In this document: positions 27,866-38,319 of the stretch, one piece after another
How positions within the stretch are numbered: the first letter of the stretch is position 1
Layout: each line of letters starts with the position of its first letter
Assembly (NCBI GenBank): GCA_018813285.1
Contig: JAHJBY010000033.1
Span: 3,723 to 67,722 of the forward strand
DNA: 64,000 nt
Direction: 5' to 3'
Source of the DNA: Candidatus Omnitrophota bacterium
GTDB lineage: Bacteria; Omnitrophota; Gorgyraeia; Tantalellales; Tantalellaceae
The notes under the pieces: model-generated
Database searches by the model: none
What the model was told of the DNA's origin: nothing
Seen by the model: the letters and a program-made list of their open reading frames with translations, nothing else
Translations under genes and position numbers: made by a program

Positions 27866-28459
27866 CTATCTGAAAGGAACCTCATGAGGTGATCCGGCGC
27901 CTTCTTCTGCCTCGCCCGCGCTGAACGGCAAACGCCCGGTGATCTTATTGACGCGCATTACCATAGTTATCTGCTCTTCAACCCCAAGCATCGTTTTTAC
28001 TTTATTCTTGATCTCAGACTGGATCTCTTCGGTTAATTTAGGGATATTCGATCCGGCGTTGATCGTAACTTCGCTTACTATATTGATCCCTTTGCGGCCG
28101 AACGAAACGCGTGAACGCACATTGCTTATACCGGAGATCTCTTTCGCGGCCCGGTATATGTACTCCTCGATCGCTGCTATGGAGATCGTCACTTCGCCGT
28201 CAGGGTTCTGAAAGGTTATCTGCCGCCTCAAGCGTGTGTTTTTCGACACTCGAAACGGAAGAATAACAGCAGTGATCATCATTATCCCCCCGAAACTCAT
28301 AAGGGCGATCTGATACGCGGCCGACCGCGAGATATTGCTTATCATTCCAGCCCAGTCTTCCGCGGGGACCAACGCGGAGGCCGCTATAACAAGCACCACG
28401 CCTATCGCAAAGAATAGAACCGAATAGAAAAGCGCCACCAGTTTTCTGATAAATGCCAT
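27866..28459 (-). CDS. Asp23/Gls24-family membrane-anchored protein
   Basis: TM anchor. ISIAAIEEYIYRAAKEISGISNV ... VSEVTINAGSNIPKLTEEIQSEIKNKV pattern. Confidence 0.45.
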   Translation of the reverse strand: MAFIRKLVALFYSVLFFAIGVVLVIAASALVPAEDWAGMISNISRSAAYQIALMSFGGIMMITAVILPFRVSKNTRLRRQITFQNPDGEVTISIAAIEEYIYRAAKEISGISNVRSRVSFGRKGINIVSEVTINAGSNIPKLTEEIQSEIKNKVKTMLGVEEQITMVMRVNKITGRLPFSAGEAEEGAGSPHEVPFR

Positions 28460-28475
28460 AACTTCCTCCCTTTCT

Positions 28476-29825
28476 CTAATTTTCGTTTTTAGGGAAAAAT
28501 TTTTCGATGTAATGCGTCGATATTTTTCCATTTTTAAAATCGGAATCCATCAATATTTTACGATGAAAATCAACCGTGGTCTTTATCGGCGCGGCTACAA
28601 ACTCGTCGAGAGCCCGGAGCATTATCCTTATTGCCTCTTCACGTGTCGGAGCGTGGGATATAAGTTTCGCTATCATCGAGTCATAGAACGGAGGAATTGT
28701 ATACCCCGAGTACACATGCGTGTCAACCCGTATACCTCTTCCTCCTGGGACATATAGAGATTCTATCTTGCCCGGACATGGGCAAAAATCATTTTCCGGA
28801 TCTTCCGCGTTGATGCGGCATTCGATCGCGCACCCTTCAAACCGGATATCTTTCTGTTTATAGGGTAATTTCTGTCCCGCGGCTATCTTTATCTGCGCCT
28901 GGACCAGATCTATGCCTGTCACCATTTCCGTTACCGGGTGTTCTACTTGTATGCGCGTGTTCATTTCCATAAAATAAAATTTTTCTCCTTTAACCAGAAA
29001 CTCCACAGTTCCCGCTCCCCGATACCCTACCGTTTCCGCGCAATGGACGGCAGCTTCTGCCATCTTCTTTCTCATTCCCCCGGTGATCGCGATCGACGGG
29101 GATTCCTCTATTAACTTCTGGTGACGCCGCTGAATGGTGCAATCCCTTTCTCCAAGATGGACCACGCCTCCGGCGCCATCGGCGAGTATCTGAAACTCGA
29201 CATGCCGGGGGCTATCAACGTATTTTTCCATGTAAACCGCTGAGCTGCCAAACGCGGCTTCCGCCTCGCTTTGCGCGGTCATGAACGCCCCTATGAGACG
29301 CACATCGTTGTGGCAAACACGCATTCCCTTGCCGCCTCCACCAGCCGAAGCTTTTATAATGACCGGGTAACCGATCTTTTTTGCTTCCGTGAGCGCCGCT
29401 TCTTTCGACTCGATAAGCCCCTTGCTTCCAGGTATAACGGGTATCCCTGCCTTCACCATTCGTTCCTTCGCGGTCATTTTATCGCCCATGAGGCGGATGT
29501 TTTCCGGTGTCGGTCCGATGAAAACTATGTTGCAGGACTCGCATATCTCGGCAAAATGGGCGTCCTCGGCCAAAAAACCATAACCGGGATGAATTGCCTC
29601 GACGTCTGTTATCTCCGCGGCGCTTATCAGATTCGGGATGTTCAGATAGCTGCTGCTCGCCATTGCCTTGCCGATACAAACCGCCTCATCGGCAAACCGC
29701 GTGTGCAAAGAACTCTCATCCGCTTCGGAATGAACGGCCACTGTCCGTATGCCCAATTCCCGGCATGCCCGGATTATCCTTAGCGCGATCTCTCCCCTGT
29801 TAGCTATTAGTATCTTTCGGAACAT
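28476..29825 (-). CDS. accC: acetyl-CoA carboxylase biotin carboxylase subunit
   Basis: [21 protein letters not shown] start, ATP-grasp motifs, C-terminal domain. Confidence 0.9.
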   Translation of the reverse strand: MFRKILIANRGEIALRIIRACRELGIRTVAVHSEADESSLHTRFADEAVCIGKAMASSSYLNIPNLISAAEITDVEAIHPGYGFLAEDAHFAEICESCNIVFIGPTPENIRLMGDKMTAKERMVKAGIPVIPGSKGLIESKEAALTEAKKIGYPVIIKASAGGGGKGMRVCHNDVRLIGAFMTAQSEAEAAFGSSAVYMEKYVDSPRHVEFQILADGAGGVVHLGERDCTIQRRHQKLIEESPSIAITGGMRKKMAEAAVHCAETVGYRGAGTVEFLVKGEKFYFMEMNTRIQVEHPVTEMVTGIDLVQAQIKIAAGQKLPYKQKDIRFEGCAIECRINAEDPENDFCPCPGKIESLYVPGGRGIRVDTHVYSGYTIPPFYDSMIAKLISHAPTREEAIRIMLRALDEFVAAPIKTTVDFHRKILMDSDFKNGKISTHYIEKFFPKNEN

Positions 29826-29847
29826 GGTAACCTTTCGTCACGAGACA

Positions 29848-30300
29848 TTACGCCGGTTCGACCAAAAAGATCGTCTGTCCAAATTCTACCGCTTCGGCAT
29901 TCCCTACAGAAATACTCGCTATTTTTCCGTCAACTTCGGATTTCACTTCGTTCATCAGTTTCATCGCTTCGACAATGCACAGCACATCCCCTTTGCGCAC
30001 CATGTCCCCAATCTGAACATAGGGGCTGTCGTCCGGTGCGGCCGATCGGTAAAACGTGCCAACCATCGGGGATTTCACCTCGATCAGGTTGCTTTTTTCG
30101 TCGGCCGGTTTCTGACCAGCATCCGCGGATGCCGCCAAGACCTCCCGCGCCGCCGGCATGACCGGGGCCATCTGATATTCCACACCTCCGGCAGGCTTCT
30201 TTATGAGCCTTATCCTGGTACCTTCTGTCTCTATTTCGATCTCTGAAAGATCGTTATCCGCCATCAACTGTATCAGTTCCTGTATCTTTTTGATATTCAT
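29848..30300 (-). CDS. accB: acetyl-CoA carboxylase biotin carboxyl carrier protein
   Basis: EAMKLMNEV biotinyl-lysine motif. Confidence 0.8.
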   Translation of the reverse strand: MNIKKIQELIQLMADNDLSEIEIETEGTRIRLIKKPAGGVEYQMAPVMPAAREVLAASADAGQKPADEKSNLIEVKSPMVGTFYRSAAPDDSPYVQIGDMVRKGDVLCIVEAMKLMNEVKSEVDGKIASISVGNAEAVEFGQTIFLVEPA

Positions 30301-30346
30301 AAGACTCCCTATCATGTTATTCGCTTTTTCCGCGATTTCCCGGCGC

Positions 30347-30904
30347 CTACGCTCTTTCTATGTATTCTCCCGTCCTGGTATCTATCTTCACAAGTTCGCC
30401 TTCCGCAACGAACAGCGGCACCTTTATGATCTTACCAGTTTCGAGAGTCGCCGATTTAGTGGCGCCGGATACGGTGTTTCCGCGAGCGCCGGGTTCGGTT
30501 CGAATGATCTTCATAGTTACATGCACAGGGGGAGTTACCGTCAGTATCTCCCCGTTAAAAACATTGGCGGTAATGGTCATATTGTCTTTCAAGTAATCGG
30601 CTACCTGTCCCATCTTTTCGGCGGGTATATGCGTCTGTTCGAACGTAGTCTCGTCCATAAAACAGTATCCCATATCGTCCTTGTAGAGAAACTGTATCTG
30701 CTGTTGCTCGATGTATACCTGTTCAAAGGTGTCGTCGGGTCTTAATGTCTCGGAAATTATCGATCCCGTCGCTACGTTCCTTAACTTGGCCCGGACAAAA
30801 GCCCCTCCCTTGCCGGGTTTATAGTGCCCGGCCGCAACAACCTCGTGAAGTTGGTTATTATACTTAATGATGGTTCCCTGCCGAAGCTGTTTCGCGCTTA
30901 TCAT
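30347..30904 (-). CDS. efp: elongation factor P
   Basis: 185 aa. KPGKGGAFVRAKLRN with the conserved Lys loop. Confidence 0.9.
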   Translation of the reverse strand: MISAKQLRQGTIIKYNNQLHEVVAAGHYKPGKGGAFVRAKLRNVATGSIISETLRPDDTFEQVYIEQQQIQFLYKDDMGYCFMDETTFEQTHIPAEKMGQVADYLKDNMTITANVFNGEILTVTPPVHVTMKIIRTEPGARGNTVSGATKSATLETGKIIKVPLFVAEGELVKIDTRTGEYIERA

Positions 30905-31950
30905 CTCGTCAACACCTCAGATCCTTTCGAAGTTATGAGCAATGTGTCTTCCTTCCTTATGCCGCCCAATCCCGGGATATACAAGCCCGGTTCAATCGTT
31001 ACTACCATGCCTTTTTTCAGCCTAACCGTCGACTCGATCCTAAGAAACGGCGGCTCGTGAATATCCAATCCCACACCATGACCAAGCCCATGATATATGT
31101 ATTTGCCCAATCCGGCGGCGACAAAGGCCTCTTGCGCGCGTTTTGCCAGGGATCCGGCTTTTACCCCGGGCGCGGCGCGGCGGATCGCGTCGTCATGAAC
31201 AAGATCGACGCATTTCCGCAGCTCCCGGATTTTGCGATTCATTCTACCCTTCACCCATATTCTTGTCAAGTCCGAACAATAACCGCGTTTGCGCACCCCA
31301 AAATCGAGGAGAGCATGTTCGCCGGCCCTGAGGCGGCGATCCGTCGGGACGGCATGCGGATCCTGAGTATTTACGCCCACAGCGGCTATTGTGGGGAAAG
31401 ATAATGCCGACCCCCTGCCCCGTATATTCGCGTCGATCATCACCGCGATCTCCCGTTCGGTAACGCCCGGTAAGATCTTTCCCCGTACATCACGCCATAT
31501 TTTTGCGGTTTCCCTGCCGGCGGCGCGAAGCACCGCTATTTCTCCGTCATCTTTTAAGACACGCATCGTATTAATGACATCCGGGGCCTGTACAGCTTTC
31601 CATTTCCTATTCGAGCGGAACAAGCTACAATATACAGAAACCGTTATGTCTTCCCTGTATATGCCCACTTTGCGGATCCGCCTCTTTCGGAAATACGCAG
31701 AGAGGTCTTTTAGCACGCGTCCGGCAGTAACATGAATACCCGTCCCTTCGAGCTCTCGGCGCGCGAGATTTTCGTTCATGCGGTCAATAAAATAAACGGG
31801 CGCTTCTTGAACCGAAACAAACAGCATGGCGCCTTCCGAAAAGAATCCGGTGAGGTACTCAATGTCATGACGTTTACTGACAACGACCCCATCAATTCCG
31901 GATCTCGCGACAGCGATAGAGACTTTTTTCAGGCGATCTTTGTATGTCAT
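30901..31950 (-). CDS. pepP: Xaa-Pro aminopeptidase (M24 family)
   Basis: HGLGHGVGLDIHEPP ... metal ligands. Start trimmed to MTYKDRL. Confidence 0.75.
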   Translation of the reverse strand: MTYKDRLKKVSIAVARSGIDGVVVSKRHDIEYLTGFFSEGAMLFVSVQEAPVYFIDRMNENLARRELEGTGIHVTAGRVLKDLSAYFRKRRIRKVGIYREDITVSVYCSLFRSNRKWKAVQAPDVINTMRVLKDDGEIAVLRAAGRETAKIWRDVRGKILPGVTEREIAVMIDANIRGRGSALSFPTIAAVGVNTQDPHAVPTDRRLRAGEHALLDFGVRKRGYCSDLTRIWVKGRMNRKIRELRKCVDLVHDDAIRRAAPGVKAGSLAKRAQEAFVAAGLGKYIYHGLGHGVGLDIHEPPFLRIESTVRLKKGMVVTIEPGLYIPGLGGIRKEDTLLITSKGSEVLTR

Positions 31951-31967
31951 ATCTGGATGTGCCGCGT

Positions 31968-32417
31968 TTACCTCGCGGCGTCCTTCCGATTCGCGATTAT
32001 CGACAAGAGGCCTTTCAGTCCGAGACAATAACTGTTTCGTCCGAAACCGCTGATCTCGCCGGCGGCAACCGGCGCAATAAGCGACTTGTGCCTGAACTCC
32101 TCTCTCGCGTAGATGTTAGAAAGATGTACCTCGACAACCGGAACATTTTTCGCGCTTACCGCGTCTCTTATTGCCACACTGGTGTGAGTGTATGCCGCGG
32201 GGTTTATCAATATCCCATCGGCTCGGGAATCCCTGATCTTGTCCACGATATCGCCTTCGTGGTTTGATTGATAAAACTCGCAATCGGCGCCCTCTTCCCC
32301 TGCCACCCGCGATATCTCACCATTAATGTCCTCGATCGTATCGGTCCCATAGATATCGTTCTCCCTGGCTCCCAGAAGATCAAGATTAGGCCCGTGTATC
32401 ACCAATAGTCTGGTCAT
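31968..32417 (-). CDS. aroQ: type II 3-dehydroquinate dehydratase
   Basis: MTRLLVIHGPNLDLLG ... INPAAYTHTSVA. Confidence 0.85.
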   Translation of the reverse strand: MTRLLVIHGPNLDLLGARENDIYGTDTIEDINGEISRVAGEEGADCEFYQSNHEGDIVDKIRDSRADGILINPAAYTHTSVAIRDAVSAKNVPVVEVHLSNIYAREEFRHKSLIAPVAAGEISGFGRNSYCLGLKGLLSIIANRKDAAR

Positions 32418-32421
32418 CGTA

Positions 32422-33438
32422 TCATCTCCTTTTTTTGAAAATTGTCCAGTGCAGGTAAATAATGCCGCCTGCAAAGCTGATAAAAAAAAGACCGAAAAGA
32501 AGAAGAAGACTGACGGCAAACGCGGAATCCCTCCCCACAATGGGGGAAAAGAACGCGAGTATCGCCCCCTCCCTCACTCCCAGGCCGCCTATTGAAGGTA
32601 TCATGCTGATGAAGGTGACTACCGGCATCACCAGAAAAACGCTCCCCACCCGTATCGAGACTCCCATCGATAAAAAAAACATATACACAGTGATAAAATA
32701 GAGGCTCTGGGAAAACAAGGATATCACGAGGGCCCTCGTCACAACATCCGTCCTGTTGCGGTAATCATACACTATCTTGTACAGCGAATTCAACCGTTCT
32801 CCCGGCTTGCCCATTTTTAACCGGCCGAAGAAACGTTCCATGCGTAAAGAGATCTTTTCATGCGTCATAATAACAAAAAGCGCCACACCCAGCGCCAACA
32901 ATGAAAAAACTATCGGTTTTATGAATGCTATCTGAAACCTTCCGCCGTCAACCACAAGCGCGACTGCCGCAAGGATCAGGAACGAATAGAGCCCTATGAG
33001 CCGGTCCATCATTACACTAGTATACGACCGTATCCGGTCTTCGCTGTTTTTTACGGAAAGATGCGCCTTCACTATATCTCCGCCAACAGCGGTAGGCATG
33101 AAATTATTGAAAAAATAGCCCAGATATGTCAACTGCATCGACTCCTTAAAGCTGATGTAAAGGTTCTCACCATGAAACACAGTTTTCATGCGATATGCCA
33201 TCGCCGCCGAGTTGCAGACAAAAACCCCCAGCGCGACGATAATATACCGTTTATCACAGAATGCGATAGTCTCCAGGATGCTTTTCGCGTCCTTCCTCAT
33301 GAACCATATCAGACCGCCAAGCAAACCAAAACTCACAATTATTCTTAAAGCTAATAAGCCCTTTTTCTTCAACCGCGCTCCTTGTTTTACCCCGTCAACG
33401 TATGAAACCACAACTTGCGTTTCAGTTCTTTCATGCAC
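32422..33438 (-). CDS. UPF0104 / lysylphosphatidylglycerol-synthase-TM-like (flippase-like) membrane protein
   Basis: Eight TM helices with a FNNFMPTAVGGD-type motif. The ORF-track start overlaps the patatin gene by 52 nt, so the true start is probably internal or non-ATG. Confidence 0.6.
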   Translation of the reverse strand: MHERTETQVVVSYVDGVKQGARLKKKGLLALRIIVSFGLLGGLIWFMRKDAKSILETIAFCDKRYIIVALGVFVCNSAAMAYRMKTVFHGENLYISFKESMQLTYLGYFFNNFMPTAVGGDIVKAHLSVKNSEDRIRSYTSVMMDRLIGLYSFLILAAVALVVDGGRFQIAFIKPIVFSLLALGVALFVIMTHEKISLRMERFFGRLKMGKPGERLNSLYKIVYDYRNRTDVVTRALVISLFSQSLYFITVYMFFLSMGVSIRVGSVFLVMPVVTFISMIPSIGGLGVREGAILAFFSPIVGRDSAFAVSLLLLFGLFFISFAGGIIYLHWTIFKKRR

Positions 33439-34193
33439 TCGCGGGCCGCATCTTCGCCCCGCGCCATAATGTACCGCGCGCGGTCGAAATCGAACTGATG
33501 TATATTCTTGAGCTCGGGTTTTATCACAACATTCGCTATCCCGGCCTGATATTCATTGAGTTCCTCGCCCATTATTTGAATGGATTGGACCAACGCCTTA
33601 AAAACGTTATCGATCTTTTCGTCCGATATGGAAAAACCCGGGTTGGTTGCCACAACAAAGGTCGCGCCCATCGCGTACGCGGCCTTTGTCGGAACGGAAT
33701 TGCGTATTCCGCCATCGGCAAGCAATCTCCCATCGATCTCGGTCGATGAGAAAAAACCCGGCCACGAACAACTCGCCCGGACAATCCGTACGAGATTTCC
33801 GGACGTATGCACTAACTCCTCACCCGTCTCGATATCCGTGGTGGTCACCGCGAACGGTATCTGAAAGTCATTAAATCCCTTTCCATCCAACATCTTCGAT
33901 ATGATCTTCTCAAGTTTTTCGCCTTTCAAAAGCCCTGTCGAGTTTAACGAAAAATCCACAAGCCGCGATGAGCTAACCTTAAGAGCCGCGTCCTCAATGT
34001 CCTGAACCGGCACGCCCAGACAGTACGCCGCGCCCACCAGGCCGCCGATACTGCTGCCTACCATCATGTCAAACGGCATCTTCTCTTTTCCGAAATTCTT
34101 CTCAAGTTCTTTAAGAATGCCCACATTAGAGAGCCCGCGAGCGGCACCACCCCCGAGCGAGAGCGCTATCATCCTTTTTTTTAGCATCCTCAT
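33387..34193 (-). CDS. patatin-like phospholipase
   Basis: GGGAARG oxyanion motif, GSSIG nucleophile elbow, DGG catalytic Asp. Confidence 0.75.
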   Translation of the reverse strand: MRMLKKRMIALSLGGGAARGLSNVGILKELEKNFGKEKMPFDMMVGSSIGGLVGAAYCLGVPVQDIEDAALKVSSSRLVDFSLNSTGLLKGEKLEKIISKMLDGKGFNDFQIPFAVTTTDIETGEELVHTSGNLVRIVRASCSWPGFFSSTEIDGRLLADGGIRNSVPTKAAYAMGATFVVATNPGFSISDEKIDNVFKALVQSIQIMGEELNEYQAGIANVVIKPELKNIHQFDFDRARYIMARGEDAARECMKELKRKLWFHTLTG

Positions 34194-34204
34194 AAAAACC
34201 CCCC

Positions 34205-34340
34205 TTTAGAGGCATCTTGTCGTTTCGCGTTTCGCGTCTTGCGTTTCGCGCCAATACACAACGCATAACGCCGGACACACAACGCAGGACGAGATGTCGT
34301 TTCGCGTCTGACCTTTCAATCTGTGGACCGTGGACTATTG
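34205..34340. repeat. REP-like unit plus inverted 33-nt core
   Basis: cgtttcgcgtcttgcgtttcgcg ... aacgccggacacacaacgcaggacgagatgtcgtttcgcgt, then cctttcaatctgtggac (reverse complement of the core). Confidence 0.55.
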
Positions 34341-34344
34341 GCTA

Positions 34345-35145
34345 TTAGCTCACAACAATACCCGCGTAACCAACGACGTCGGAACAGTCCCCTGTCACCT
34401 CGCCGCTGTCGGCATATTCAACTAACTCGGCCCGGCCCGCTCCTAATTCCCTCGCGGCGGCCAGCATCACCGTTACGGGAAGAACCCCGCACATCGATAT
34501 GCCTTCATCCCTAACAATGTTGAAAAGCCCTTCAGCGTCCAGTTCCAGCATCTTTTCTATCGCCTGCCGATCCTTCACTCCCGCGGCCTCCCGCGATTCG
34601 TAATGTGTCATATCGCTTGACGCGATAATCATGACTTTTTTTCCGGCATCCTTGACGGACATAGCGACCGCGCGCGCGGCATCAAACAATTCGGAATAGA
34701 TCCACCGCTGGACCGTTATGGGGACTATCAATGATCCGGGAGACGTCTTCTGCAGGAACGGAAGCTGAACTTCGATCGAATGTTCACCAACATGTCCCGC
34801 ACGATCCACCCGAAAAAGCTCCGAATTACCTAACAACAACTCAACAAGACCGATATCAACGTTTATATCCCCCAACGGTGTGTGCCACGGCTCGTCACTC
34901 AAGGCAAAAGGCAATCCCAAACCGGTATGGCTCGGTCCCAGGATGATATATGTATCCTTTCGCTCCAACCGGGCATAAACTTTGCCCGCTATTCCCCCCG
35001 AGCACATATACCCCGCATGCGGCACCACCGCGCCGATCGCGTCCACTTTATCAACATCCCGCGGTATCATCGCGTAAAGATCCCTTTCAAGAGACCTCCG
35101 GTCTCCCGGATAGAAGCGCCCCGCGACAACCGGTTTTCTGCTCAT
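34345..35145 (-). CDS. MEMO1-family protein (AmmeMemoRadiSam system protein B-like)
   Basis: MSRKPVVAGRFYPGD ... HAGY ... His/Asp metal ligands. The ORF-track N-terminal extension (35146-35406) is a read-through of REP repeats and was trimmed. Confidence 0.7.
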   Translation of the reverse strand: MSRKPVVAGRFYPGDRRSLERDLYAMIPRDVDKVDAIGAVVPHAGYMCSGGIAGKVYARLERKDTYIILGPSHTGLGLPFALSDEPWHTPLGDINVDIGLVELLLGNSELFRVDRAGHVGEHSIEVQLPFLQKTSPGSLIVPITVQRWIYSELFDAARAVAMSVKDAGKKVMIIASSDMTHYESREAAGVKDRQAIEKMLELDAEGLFNIVRDEGISMCGVLPVTVMLAAARELGAGRAELVEYADSGEVTGDCSDVVGYAGIVVS

Positions 35146-35224
35146 CACTACCCCCTGACATTTAATTATAATACAATCGTCCGATTTTGCAAGGGGCCTC
35201 ACGCCGCGCACCGCAAAACGAGCA

Positions 35225-35400
35225 AAACGACATCTCGTCCCGCGTTGTGTGTCCGGCGTTATGCGTTGTGTATTAACGCAAACCGCGAAACGCAAGACGC
35301 GAGACGCAAAACGACATCTCGTCCCGCGTTGTGTGTCCGGCGTTATGCGTTGTGCATTGGCGCGAAACGCAAGACGCGAAACGACATGGCGCGCTTGCAA
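35225..35400. repeat. two tandem REP-like units, reverse-complemented
   Basis: caaaacgacatctcgtcccgcgttgtgtgtccggcgttatgcgttgtg(t/c)att...gcgaaacgcaagacgcga occurs twice. Confidence 0.6.
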
Positions 35401-35432
35401 TAACACATATTTTGTGATACATTCGGTGCGTC

Positions 35433-35699
35433 ATGAAAAAGATTTACTGGATAATTTTGCCGGCGGTGGTTTTCTTTGCGGGGTTCATGGCGATCTGTGA
35501 GCTTTTTGATTCCAAATTCGCAAACCTCACTATAGATTGGTTCGCGTTCTTCGCGGGGATATTTCTGGTCGCCGAAGGACTCTACAAGATACTGACATCA
35601 AAAACAGCCACACCCTTCAATCAGTTCCTCAGGTTCATACGCGTAGCGATCGGCACCTGTGTTTTCACCGTACATCTTCTGCAATTTACGCGTCTGTAG
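35433..35699 (+). CDS. small hypothetical membrane protein
   Basis: Three predicted TM segments, 88 aa. Confidence 0.3.
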   Translation: MKKIYWIILPAVVFFAGFMAICELFDSKFANLTIDWFAFFAGIFLVAEGLYKILTSKTATPFNQFLRFIRVAIGTCVFTVHLLQFTRL

Positions 35700-35760
35700 G
35701 CTGAAGGCTGATAGCTCTATTCCCTTGCCTTCCGGCGCTTTCCATGATAACTTTGTAGCC

Positions 35761-37641
35761 ATGGAAAGACGCGCGACTTTCATGGTCATCCTTCTTATCT
35801 TTACCGCGGTGGTTGTCTGCTACGGCAACACATTGACCGCGGGGTTTATTTGGGATGATCAATTTTTGATCGGCAGGAACCCTATTATCCGCGCCCCGCT
35901 TTTGTCCTTTTACATTTTTAAACAGGATATCGTCAACTCCAGCGGCACCTTTACGATCTATTACCGGCCCCTTCAAATGCTTAGTTACGCGATCGATTAT
36001 CGCGTATGGGGGATGAACCCCTTTGGTTTTCACTTGACAAATGTCCTGCTGCATTTCCTGAACGCGGTTTGCGCGTTTTTTCTTACAAAAAAACTCACCA
36101 AACGCGGTCCGATCGCGCTTCTTGCCGCCGTTTTTTTTGCCATTCACCCGGCGCATGCCGGCGCCGTCTCATACGTTTCCGGGCGGGCTGATCTCCTGTT
36201 ATTCCTCGCCGCGTTTTTGTCGATATTGTGTTTTGTTTTGTTTCGCGAGCGAAAGTCTCCCGTGTATCTGGCGGGGAGCACCGTGTTTTTCGCGGCCGCT
36301 CTTTTGAGTAAAGAAATAGCGATGATCATTCCCGTACTTATACTGTTAACGGACGTCATGCTATCGCGCGATCCGCGCGAAGATAATTTATGGTGCCATA
36401 TACCGAATTTTTTTCTGGTTGCCTGTTATGCCGCACTGCATCATTGTGTTTTTGGAAGCAGGTACGGCGTCCTTATGGATTATCCGTCTTTTTCCCGAAA
36501 CATCGTTAGCTGCCTGAGAATGATGAAAGAATTTTTTGGCCTCGGGATCATTCCGTTGGGTTCGTATATGCGGCGCAGCGCGAACGGCGCGGAAAACATC
36601 CTCCCGTTCTATATCGCGACAGGTGCCGCTATAATCATTTTGGCCCGTTACCTTAAGGACAGCCGGAAACAGATCGCTTATTCCCTTATGTTCTTCACGA
36701 CGGCCCTCCTTCCCCTCTTTTTTGTCATGCGATATTTTCAGGTATTTGCCGAACACTGGATGTACATGGCGTCTTACGGCCTGTTCTTTTTTGAGGCGTT
36801 AGTGCTTATCGGCCTGTATCGGCAAAGCGGAAAATTCGGCAGAGTCCTTGCCGTCAGCCTGATCATCACCGGCGTGTGCGCCTTTTCTGCCTGCACCATT
36901 CATCAAAACCGATACTGGCGGGAAGACTGCTCTTTAAGTGACCGGATTCTTGAGTACTCCGAAAATGACAGAGCCGCGCTGCATTACAAGGCTGTTTCGA
37001 CCTTCCAGAAAGGACAGGAACAACAGGCGCTTGATATCGCGGCACGCTACGCCGGATCTAACCGGCATGACCCGATGCCCTGGTACACAAAGGGCCGTCT
37101 GGAATTCGCCGCCGGCAACGTCAAAACGGCCCTCTCTGATTTTCAAACCGCTGTCGGGATCGACCCTTCGTACGCCAACGGTTACCTCGGCATGGCCTTT
37201 GTAGCTTTCGCACAGAAAAACACGGAAAAAGGCATCGATCATCTTAAAGAAGCCCTCCGGATAAACCCGTCACACAGAGAGGCGCTTATGCTTCTCGCCG
37301 CGACATATCTCAGTACGGAAGACTATCAGAAAGCGGCGGAAACTGCGAAAGACGCGAAGAAAGTGAACCCGTACGGCTACAACGTCCTTCTGAACCTTGG
37401 GACCGCCTACACCAGGCTCGGAAAAACGCAGGAAGGCGCCTGTCAATATCTGGAAGCCGTACGACTTTACCCTGAAAAAACCGTCGCCTATTACAACCTC
37501 GCGTATCTCTTTCATGAAAGCGAAATGAATACCGAAGCGCTTGACTATCTAGAGAAGGCGCTGAAAAACGATCCGAATTTCTCGCCGGCCATCGAGCTGC
37601 TCCATAAAATACGCGGTCAGGGGATAGAGGCAAGAGGCTAG
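35761..37641 (+). CDS. polytopic membrane protein with C-terminal TPR repeats (DUF1736/PMT_2-like glycosyltransferase-family architecture)
   Basis: About 11 TM helices, then four or more TPR repeats (AYYNLAYLF ... ALKNDPNF). Start trimmed to MERRATF. Confidence 0.6.
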   Translation: MERRATFMVILLIFTAVVVCYGNTLTAGFIWDDQFLIGRNPIIRAPLLSFYIFKQDIVNSSGTFTIYYRPLQMLSYAIDYRVWGMNPFGFHLTNVLLHFLNAVCAFFLTKKLTKRGPIALLAAVFFAIHPAHAGAVSYVSGRADLLLFLAAFLSILCFVLFRERKSPVYLAGSTVFFAAALLSKEIAMIIPVLILLTDVMLSRDPREDNLWCHIPNFFLVACYAALHHCVFGSRYGVLMDYPSFSRNIVSCLRMMKEFFGLGIIPLGSYMRRSANGAENILPFYIATGAAIIILARYLKDSRKQIAYSLMFFTTALLPLFFVMRYFQVFAEHWMYMASYGLFFFEALVLIGLYRQSGKFGRVLAVSLIITGVCAFSACTIHQNRYWREDCSLSDRILEYSENDRAALHYKAVSTFQKGQEQQALDIAARYAGSNRHDPMPWYTKGRLEFAAGNVKTALSDFQTAVGIDPSYANGYLGMAFVAFAQKNTEKGIDHLKEALRINPSHREALMLLAATYLSTEDYQKAAETAKDAKKVNPYGYNVLLNLGTAYTRLGKTQEGACQYLEAVRLYPEKTVAYYNLAYLFHESEMNTEALDYLEKALKNDPNFSPAIELLHKIRGQGIEARG

Positions 37642-37853
37642 AGGCAAGGGGCAAAAAAGGCACAAAGGCACAGAGGCACAGAGGCACATGGGCATCGTCC
37701 ACGGTCAACGGTCGATAGTCCACAGATTGAAAGGCTATAGGCGAGACGCGAAACGCAAAACGACATCTCGTCCCGCGTTGTGTGTCCGGCGTTATGCGTT
37801 GTGTATTGACGCGAAACGCAAGACGCGAAACGCAAAACGACAAGGGTCAAGGG
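37625..37853. repeat. mosaic element: (GAGGCAAG/GAGGCACA)n runs, 33-nt core, REP-like unit (reverse-complemented), (caagggt)n
   Basis: Core catcgtccacggtcaacggtcgatagtccacagattgaaaggc at 37694-37736; REP-like unit at 37745-37835. Confidence 0.55.
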
Positions 37854-38213
37854 TCAAAATTGATGATCCGGGAGATCCCCGGTGACCGCGTTCGGACACT
37901 TTGGCACTGAATTTTTATCGCCGATAATATACGTCGTCTGTGGCCCTGCCGGACACTCAGGCTCCCACTGTATATACTCCATCATTACAAGATCAGAGAC
38001 ATCCCCCGCGTCTACCCCCTCATGCAAACGATACAGGTCCTTCGCCCCCGCGATCTGTTTCAGATTATCTATGCACGTGTTGGCCATAACCTTTTCCTTC
38101 GCCTTTATAAGGTTCGGGAGAGCTATAGCCACCACTAAACTTATGATCGCGACAACTATCATGATCTCGACAAACGTAAAACCTCTCTTATTCGACAGTT
38201 TTCTCGGATTCAT
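37854..38213 (-). CDS. type IV pilin (prepilin-type N-terminal cleavage/methylation domain), minor or paralogous pilin
   Basis: KRG|FTFVEIMIVVAIISLVVAIALP with Glu at +5; C-terminal Cys pair. Confidence 0.65.
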   Translation of the reverse strand: MNPRKLSNKRGFTFVEIMIVVAIISLVVAIALPNLIKAKEKVMANTCIDNLKQIAGAKDLYRLHEGVDAGDVSDLVMMEYIQWEPECPAGPQTTYIIGDKNSVPKCPNAVTGDLPDHQF

Positions 38214-38261
38214 TTCTCTCACCCCTTTCACCCCAAGTATGTGCGCCCTGCCGGGCGCACA

Positions 38262-38296
38262 TACAAAAAAGACAGGACATAAAGTCCTGTCTTTTT
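38262..38296 (-). terminator. Rho-independent terminator after the upstream pilin gene
   Basis: gacaggac-ataa-gtcctgtc hairpin flanked by A6 and T5. Confidence 0.45.
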
Positions 38297-38319
38297 CTTC
38301 ACGCTCGCTCGATCACAGA

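Noticed and set aside
35225-35400. Possible CRISPR array suggested by regularly spaced repeats
   Set aside because: The units are ~85-bp tandem copies of the REP-like element with no unique spacers of comparable length between short direct repeats. No cas genes are present.
35146-35406. ORF-track N-terminal 87 codons of the Memo-like gene
   Set aside because: They are a translation of REP units (peptide RITPDTQRGTRCRF twice). Homology begins at MSRKPVVAGRFYPGD.
37310-37843. 177-aa minus-strand ORF
   Set aside because: Overlaps the 3' end of the TPR-membrane gene antisense and reads through the repeat block (same RITPDTQRGTRCRF peptide); repeat artefact.
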